Shown piece by piece: positions 56,171 to 61,587 of a DNA stretch of 61,587 bases. Origin of the DNA: a virus (taxonomy: Duplodnaviria; Caudoviricetes); IMG/VR virus record IMGVR_UViG_3300024517_000020, positions 1 to 61,587 of that record, one strand, 5' to 3'. Position 1 is the first letter of the stretch. Each line of letters opens with the position of its first letter. The translations under genes and the position numbers were made by a program. The notes beneath the pieces were generated by a model, which searched no databases, was not told where the DNA came from, and saw only the letters and a program-made list of their open reading frames with translations.

Positions 56171-56209
56171 TTTAGTCCTCAGTAAGCCAAGCCCATTCAG
56201 GTCTTTCTT
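56171..56209. repeat. 39-bp direct repeat, copy 2
   Basis: Identical to 55913-55951. Confidence 0.92.
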
Positions 56210-56226
56210 CGTATTCTCTGTCCATT

Positions 56227-56793
56227 CTAATCACTTGATTTTCTTTGTAATGTATCAATAACCCAAAGTGATATTAACACGATGTATATCATTGAAATTC
56301 CAGCCACAAATATTGGTGGAATACTTAAATGTAAAAGTAAGTTAAACGCATAAGTTCCAGTAATGATTTGGAAGAATTGATAAATCATAGTAGCTGCACT
56401 TGTAAGTGGGTTGTCTGTAATTGAAATTTCATTAGCCATTGTTAATTGCATTTCTGAAGTTTGGAATGACAGTTGTGAAAATGTTGAATTAGTACCTTGA
56501 ATCCATTGGGTCGGTTGATAATTTGATGGTGCATAAAAACACTCTGTCGCATCTGTGTAAGTCTGATTAGAATAACCCCCAATTAAATTACCAGTAGAAT
56601 CATAGCACCCTGCAAAGGTATCACTTATTGATTGAATTGCTTCCCTCATTGAACCACCGTCCATTTTTCCAGTATCAGGATTATATCGTTGCATATCTAC
56701 ACCAATAGGGTCGCCAAGTATAGCCTGTGCACCTAAAATAGAAAATGAAGCAATATAGGCAATTAAAATTACAGCGATAGGTTGAGATACCAT
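56227..56793 (-). CDS. Membrane protein (morphogenesis module)
   Basis: Homolog of 3173-3694. Coupled to the adhesin stop. Confidence 0.8.
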   Translation of the reverse strand: MVSQPIAVILIAYIASFSILGAQAILGDPIGVDMQRYNPDTGKMDGGSMREAIQSISDTFAGCYDSTGNLIGGYSNQTYTDATECFYAPSNYQPTQWIQGTNSTFSQLSFQTSEMQLTMANEISITDNPLTSAATMIYQFFQIITGTYAFNLLLHLSIPPIFVAGISMIYIVLISLWVIDTLQRKSSD

Positions 56794-59700
56794 TATCTAT
56801 TCCTTGTAATTCCCCATGCTAAGAATATTACTAATCCTATTACACCTATTATCACAGTTGGAATTGCTATTAATCCGAAGAATGACAGTGCAAATATCAA
56901 ACTTGCAGATATTAGTACACCCACTATTGGTGACACTCTGTTAAAGCCGACCATTGAAACAAGTATGACAAACAGTCCGACAATATCTATTGCACCAAAG
57001 TCACCGTCAGTTCCGTATTCACCTGAAGTAAAGTTTGTCACCTGTGTTACTAGAGGAATGTTAGGAAGTCCAGTTACTAAGTTATTTTGTGTCATAACAT
57101 ATTTTGCTGACACGCCATCATCTTGTTGACTTTGTTGAGGTGCACATTCTACTTCAATTACTTCGTTGTCAATATCCTGAAATGCAAATCCTATAACCTG
57201 TTGGTTTGCATCAGCAGAATTAATTTGTGAAGTCATGTCAGTTCCCTCAACATACTGTTCTGTCTTTTGTGCGAACTTGTAATCCACATCACAAGTCATA
57301 TCATCCCACCATGAAGGGTATGCGACTTGTAATGTGTCAGTTGCAGTTCCGTTAATGGTTTGGGTTTCTCTTTGAAATTCTATAACATTTACTGTTTGGT
57401 CATTTACTGAATCAATATCAAACCATGCCATACCACCAGTAGTAGGGTCAAATGCCACGATACTTCCATCAACACTTGTTGTGACAGTGACATAGTTGCT
57501 GAATCCAGAATTGCCTAATGGCGAAATAATCTTTACACCAAAGATGTATGTAGTATCATAATCTAATGTTGGTGCAAAGTTGGAATATGTATTGGTTGTA
57601 GTACCAGCGAGTGTTGTTGGTGTGGACACACTTGCAGTTATCTCAGAGTAGTACACATTGTAAGAAGTAATTTGACCTTGATAATATGCTGGTTCATTCC
57701 AATCAATTACTGCACCAGTTCCAGTTATACCCTGTGCAATCATTCCAGTGATTTCAGTTTCAGGTGCACTGATTATTGTGTTTGACAGCACACTGCTTCC
57801 CAATGATGAGACTGCTTTAACATCATAGGCATAGCTTTGACCAAAGTTGATTGTTGTAAAGTCGGTGTGACTTGTTGTGGTTACAGTTGTTAAGAGTACA
57901 GTGTCACGATAAATCTCATATCCAGTTATGGTTGCATCAGAACTTGGAACAGTCCAAGAGAATGAAGTTGTTCCCACAGTGCCAGCAGTTACCACTGGTG
58001 CATCAGGTACGTCACCAGTTGTGATTGTTGTGGTTGTGAATAATGTACTTTCACCCACATTGTTTATTGCGTGAATCTTGTAGGTAAATGCTTGGTTCAA
58101 TACAGTTGGTACTTGGTCTACTGTTGCTAATGCAGTTGTTGTATCAACTAATGTAAAAGCACCAGTGCCAGTTTGTCGGTAAACATTATATCCAGTTAGT
58201 GCCGAGCCACCTGAACTGCTTGGCAATCCCCAAGAGACAGTAACATCAAATGGTGCGTTGTCAACGTCTGCTATGTTACTGGTTGCACTTGTTGGTGATG
58301 TTGGAACACTTGGTGTTGTTATACTGTATGATGAAGAACGTACTGATGTTCCAGCGTTATTCACAGCTTCGGCTTGGAAGTAATGAGTGCCAGCAGAACT
58401 TACAGTGTACGGACTTGTTACACTACCATAAGTGATATCATCTGTTGAATGGAATAAATTATACCCAGTGATTGTTGAACCACCGTTGTTACTTGGTGCT
58501 GTAATTCCAGCAGTAATTGTTAATGGACTAGGGTTTGGGTTTACGATGCTTAGTGTTATACTTGGTGCATCAGGTGCAGTTGGTGTGGTTATGCTTGATG
58601 AACCACTGAACCCACTGGTTCCGTGTGTGCTCACACTTTTAATTTCATAGGTATAACTTCCTGAAACTGGAACGGTATTATCAACTGCACTGGTTAATCC
58701 AGTTGTAGTTATTAGGGAACCGTCACGGTAAACAGCATATCCAGTTAGGGTTCCAGTTCCAGTGTACTGAGGTGCATCCCAATCAAGTGAAATGGTTAGT
58801 GGACTAGGATTAGGATTGTTAATCACACTGGTCAAGTTAGTTGGTGCATCTGGGGGAACCCCTGCGACAATGGTGGCTGGAGTTGAGTATGCACCGATAC
58901 CAGCTTCATTGATACTTGCAACTTGATAATCATAAGATACTCCAACACTTGCAGTTGTGTCAGTGTATGGTGGTGCTGTATTACTGGTAGTTGCTATGGT
59001 ATTCCATGTTGCACCTGAGTCAGTAGAACGTTGAACCTGTATGGATAATAAAGTACCACCACCCAAATCAGTGCTTGGTGTCCAAGTCATTACTGGCTGT
59101 GCCAAACTATTTGGTGAGCCATTCAAACTCGTTGGTGCGTTGGCTGGTGAGGTTGAATCCCCAGCAACCATTGGTGTGATTAATGGTGAAGCACCTATTG
59201 CGTTAACTGCCGATACGGTGTAATAGTATGTATTGCCACCTGTAACCGTTCCATCATCATGTTCTGAAAGGGTAGGTGATGATAGTAATGTTGGTGCAAT
59301 TCCCCTTTCGTAAATGGTATCAATTTCTGTGCCAGTGAGGGCATTAGAGTTGATGAAATATTCGTCAAGTGTTCCGTCTAGGGTTGTGGTGTAATCCACT
59401 GGAACAATCTCGTTCAAGTCAGAAGTTATAACAGGTTGATAACCGTTTGCAGGAGCTGAAACAGTATGTAAGTAATATTCTGTATTGGTATTACTTGTAG
59501 TGAATGTATGTCTTAATACGTTGTTTTGATAAACTTCAATATTTCCTGAACTATTAACTGTCATTTTCCAGTTATCAGAATTACTGTAACCACCACTGTA
59601 AAGATAATCAACTGAACCACCTATCATCATATATGCACCGTTATTAGCACTGTTGAAGTATATTCCAAAACCAATATCATTTTGAGCACCCGAACCGTAT

Positions 59701-61587
59701 GAAGAACCTACTGCACTTAATCCAGTCTTTGCAGAATCATCTAATGATTGTGTAAATATTACTGAATCCCCTGTACCAACTGTTCCCATAGAACGACATT
59801 CAGATGGACTTGAAGAAGTACCAGTATGTGTTGCAGATGAACCACTTATAGTACAAAGTGTATTACTTGAAGATTCCCAATATACAGTTTCACTACTACT
59901 ACCCAAACTTGTAGCATCAGTTGCAGTTGTTTTTGAAATTCCATTCTGATAGATAGTCCAAAGGTTTGATGAATCTCTAGTGAATGAATAGTGCTGTGGG
60001 GTTACGGTGTTGTCAGTTAATCCAGTTGCAGAAACCATTACACCCCCTGTTTGATAATCATTTGTAATATCCCCAAATCTATAATTTGTTGCAACAAAAT
60101 AATATGAACCACTTGCAGTATTAGTTGATGTGTACAATGATACACCATTTTTCATATAATTGACTACGCCACTTGATGATACATCAATACTAAATGTATC
60201 TGTAATACTCCAACTACCATGTGTCGCCCAATTATTTACACCTGCTCCCCCCTCAACAATTATAATCCCTGAACCATCAGTATACATTGCAAAGTCCATT
60301 CCAGAATGGGATGCACCACTTGGAATTGATGTTGCTTTATCAATACCCACCATTTGATTGGTGTTAGGTGATGATGTGCCACCCAAACTATATGGAAAGG
60401 AAATACCATTTGAAATTGAAAAAGAATCAATTGTTCTAATCCAGTTATTCCATCCTATTGTGGTATGTGTTGGCGTTACAGTTGCACCGTTAATTGTAAA
60501 TCCGACTGCACTTGCTGAATCCCATGCTGGTGATACAATGTTGTCAACACTTGCACTGGTCGTTCCGACTGTAAAGGTTACGTCATTGATGTTGAGGAGT
60601 TTGGTGTCAGTTGGAGAACCGTTAAGTCCAACCCATCCCCCCACACTAAATGGTGCTGTGCCACTTGGTAGGTTTGCATTGGAATAACTCAAGTTTGGAG
60701 AAGCGATAGCGTTGCCGATTGTTCCAGTTGTTGAGGTTGCAGGGGTTGTTTGGGTTACACTCACACCGTTGGTCGAGGAATCTGGGATTATTGTTACAGT
60801 TCCAGTTGTAGAACTGACACCGTTGTAGAAATTCCAGTCGTCTATTGTAAGTTCTGTATCACCAGCAGATGCAGTTGTATCCCAGTCAACATTGGCTATC
60901 TTGAAATATCTCAAATCACCTGTTGCAGTAATTGTTGATGAAGCAGTACCCTCTAAGGTTGAATAAGTATAGTCAGAATAAACGTTAAGTGTTGCAGTTG
61001 AACCATCACGAATTAACTCATACCAATAATCAGTTCCAGTTGTAGGGTAAAATGAGTTAGATACAACATCAACACCACCATAAAATGCACTGTTATCTGC
61101 CTTTAACTTTATTCCATTAGTACCTTGTTGAGTTACTTGAAATGATATATGATTTTCAGATGTATTTGATGCAGTTGTTTCATCATTAGTGCCAAATCCA
61201 ATACCAAACAATGTCGATACACCAGCAGTTGATATATTCATCTTCCATTGTGTTATCCATTTGTTTGAATCGACAAAGTTTGCACCCATATCTCTAGCCA
61301 CATAGGCGTGAACCCCAGTAGAGTATGGCTGGTCAACATGAAGTACGTCATTTGTAGTGTCCACATAGGTGTAAGCAGTATTCTCACTTGACCATACTGC
61401 ATTACCAGCAGTTACATCTGCATAACCTGAGAAATCGTCAGTGGTTGGCGTTACAACAACACCACTAAACCCATGCAACAACAATTCATTATCAGTAAAT
61501 GTAATCTGTGAATCTGAACCTGAATTATCAGGCAATTCAGTTAAAGCAAACTCGTTTAGGGTACGGAAAACCTTGTAGTTAAGAATT
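56793..61587 (-). CDS. Giant adhesin, copy 3 (5'-truncated by window edge; different FN3 stalk and anchor)
   Basis: Frame stays open to the edge. First ~758 codons match copy 2, then a longer, divergent FN3 array and TM anchor follow. Confidence 0.92.
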   Translation of the reverse strand, partial: ILNYKVFRTLNEFALTELPDNSGSDSQITFTDNELLLHGFSGVVVTPTTDDFSGYADVTAGNAVWSSENTAYTYVDTTNDVLHVDQPYSTGVHAYVARDMGANFVDSNKWITQWKMNISTAGVSTLFGIGFGTNDETTASNTSENHISFQVTQQGTNGIKLKADNSAFYGGVDVVSNSFYPTTGTDYWYELIRDGSTATLNVYSDYTYSTLEGTASSTITATGDLRYFKIANVDWDTTASAGDTELTIDDWNFYNGVSSTTGTVTIIPDSSTNGVSVTQTTPATSTTGTIGNAIASPNLSYSNANLPSGTAPFSVGGWVGLNGSPTDTKLLNINDVTFTVGTTSASVDNIVSPAWDSASAVGFTINGATVTPTHTTIGWNNWIRTIDSFSISNGISFPYSLGGTSSPNTNQMVGIDKATSIPSGASHSGMDFAMYTDGSGIIIVEGGAGVNNWATHGSWSITDTFSIDVSSSGVVNYMKNGVSLYTSTNTASGSYYFVATNYRFGDITNDYQTGGVMVSATGLTDNTVTPQHYSFTRDSSNLWTIYQNGISKTTATDATSLGSSSETVYWESSSNTLCTISGSSATHTGTSSSPSECRSMGTVGTGDSVIFTQSLDDSAKTGLSAVGSSYGSGAQNDIGFGIYFNSANNGAYMMIGGSVDYLYSGGYSNSDNWKMTVNSSGNIEVYQNNVLRHTFTTSNTNTEYYLHTVSAPANGYQPVITSDLNEIVPVDYTTTLDGTLDEYFINSNALTGTEIDTIYERGIAPTLLSSPTLSEHDDGTVTGGNTYYYTVSAVNAIGASPLITPMVAGDSTSPANAPTSLNGSPNSLAQPVMTWTPSTDLGGGTLLSIQVQRSTDSGATWNTIATTSNTAPPYTDTTASVGVSYDYQVASINEAGIGAYSTPATIVAGVPPDAPTNLTSVINNPNPSPLTISLDWDAPQYTGTGTLTGYAVYRDGSLITTTGLTSAVDNTVPVSGSYTYEIKSVSTHGTSGFSGSSSITTPTAPDAPSITLSIVNPNPSPLTITAGITAPSNNGGSTITGYNLFHSTDDITYGSVTSPYTVSSAGTHYFQAEAVNNAGTSVRSSSYSITTPSVPTSPTSATSNIADVDNAPFDVTVSWGLPSSSGGSALTGYNVYRQTGTGAFTLVDTTTALATVDQVPTVLNQAFTYKIHAINNVGESTLFTTTTITTGDVPDAPVVTAGTVGTTSFSWTVPSSDATITGYEIYRDTVLLTTVTTTSHTDFTTINFGQSYAYDVKAVSSLGSSVLSNTIISAPETEITGMIAQGITGTGAVIDWNEPAYYQGQITSYNVYYSEITASVSTPTTLAGTTTNTYSNFAPTLDYDTTYIFGVKIISPLGNSGFSNYVTVTTSVDGSIVAFDPTTGGMAWFDIDSVNDQTVNVIEFQRETQTINGTATDTLQVAYPSWWDDMTCDVDYKFAQKTEQYVEGTDMTSQINSADANQQVIGFAFQDIDNEVIEVECAPQQSQQDDGVSAKYVMTQNNLVTGLPNIPLVTQVTNFTSGEYGTDGDFGAIDIVGLFVILVSMVGFNRVSPIVGVLISASLIFALSFFGLIAIPTVIIGVIGLVIFLAWGITRNR
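59314..61587. repeat. 2,274-bp direct repeat, copy 2
   Basis: Appears identical to 25357-27630. Confidence 0.95.

Larger units (their letters stand above)
27631..61587. mobile_element. Viral genome unit B (33,957-bp circularisable unit; putative spindle-shaped archaeal virus)
   Basis: 59314-61587 repeats 25357-27630 (offset 33,957). Joining 61587 to 27631 restores one continuous adhesin ORF. Carries a second full set of structural homologs plus an SF3 helicase. Confidence 0.78.

Noticed and set aside
1-61587. Diversity-generating retroelement acting on the adhesin
   Set aside because: No reverse transcriptase ORF. Differences between copies are not adenine-specific and involve whole domains.
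59314-61587. Simple terminal redundancy of one 61-kb circular genome
   Set aside because: The end matches an internal site (25357-27630), not the window start. The duplicated core gene sets and differing site usage indicate two genomes.

Overview
The window is entirely viral-type DNA: AT-rich, with archaeal TATA-box promoters just upstream of many start codons. It holds two related but clearly divergent genomes joined head to tail inside a giant adhesin gene: unit A (~1-25.3 kb) and unit B (a 33,957-bp unit, 27631-61587). Both look like spindle-shaped archaeal viruses, with a small two-helix hydrophobic capsid protein, a P-loop ATPase, a membrane-protein set and a giant FN3/LamG adhesin. A Nitrosopumilus-like (Nitrososphaeria) host is my inference, not something the sequence proves. 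About 14 genes are recognisably homologous between A and B at low protein identity, yet the three adhesin copies (1-2566 partial, 23442-29234 complete, 56793-61587 partial) share near-identical DNA blocks alternating with divergent domains. One 2,274-bp stretch appears exactly duplicated (25357-27630 = 59314-61587). This points to cassette-like swapping of receptor-binding domains between viruses. The units also differ in palindrome usage: A has many GATC/GGCC/CTGCAG sites, while I found none in B beyond 28.3 kb. The join is therefore either a true recombinant/cointegrate or an assembly chimera. A has an integrase, an Hjc-like resolvase and repeat-HNH genes but no recognisable replicase. B has an SF3 helicase with a candidate origin, a minimal tyrosine recombinase, a PAPS-reductase-family gene behind a candidate structured RNA, and a coupled array of small genes with a stereotyped junction motif. 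I saw no rRNA, tRNA, CRISPR array, DNA polymerase or reverse transcriptase. All comparisons and site counts were made by eye.
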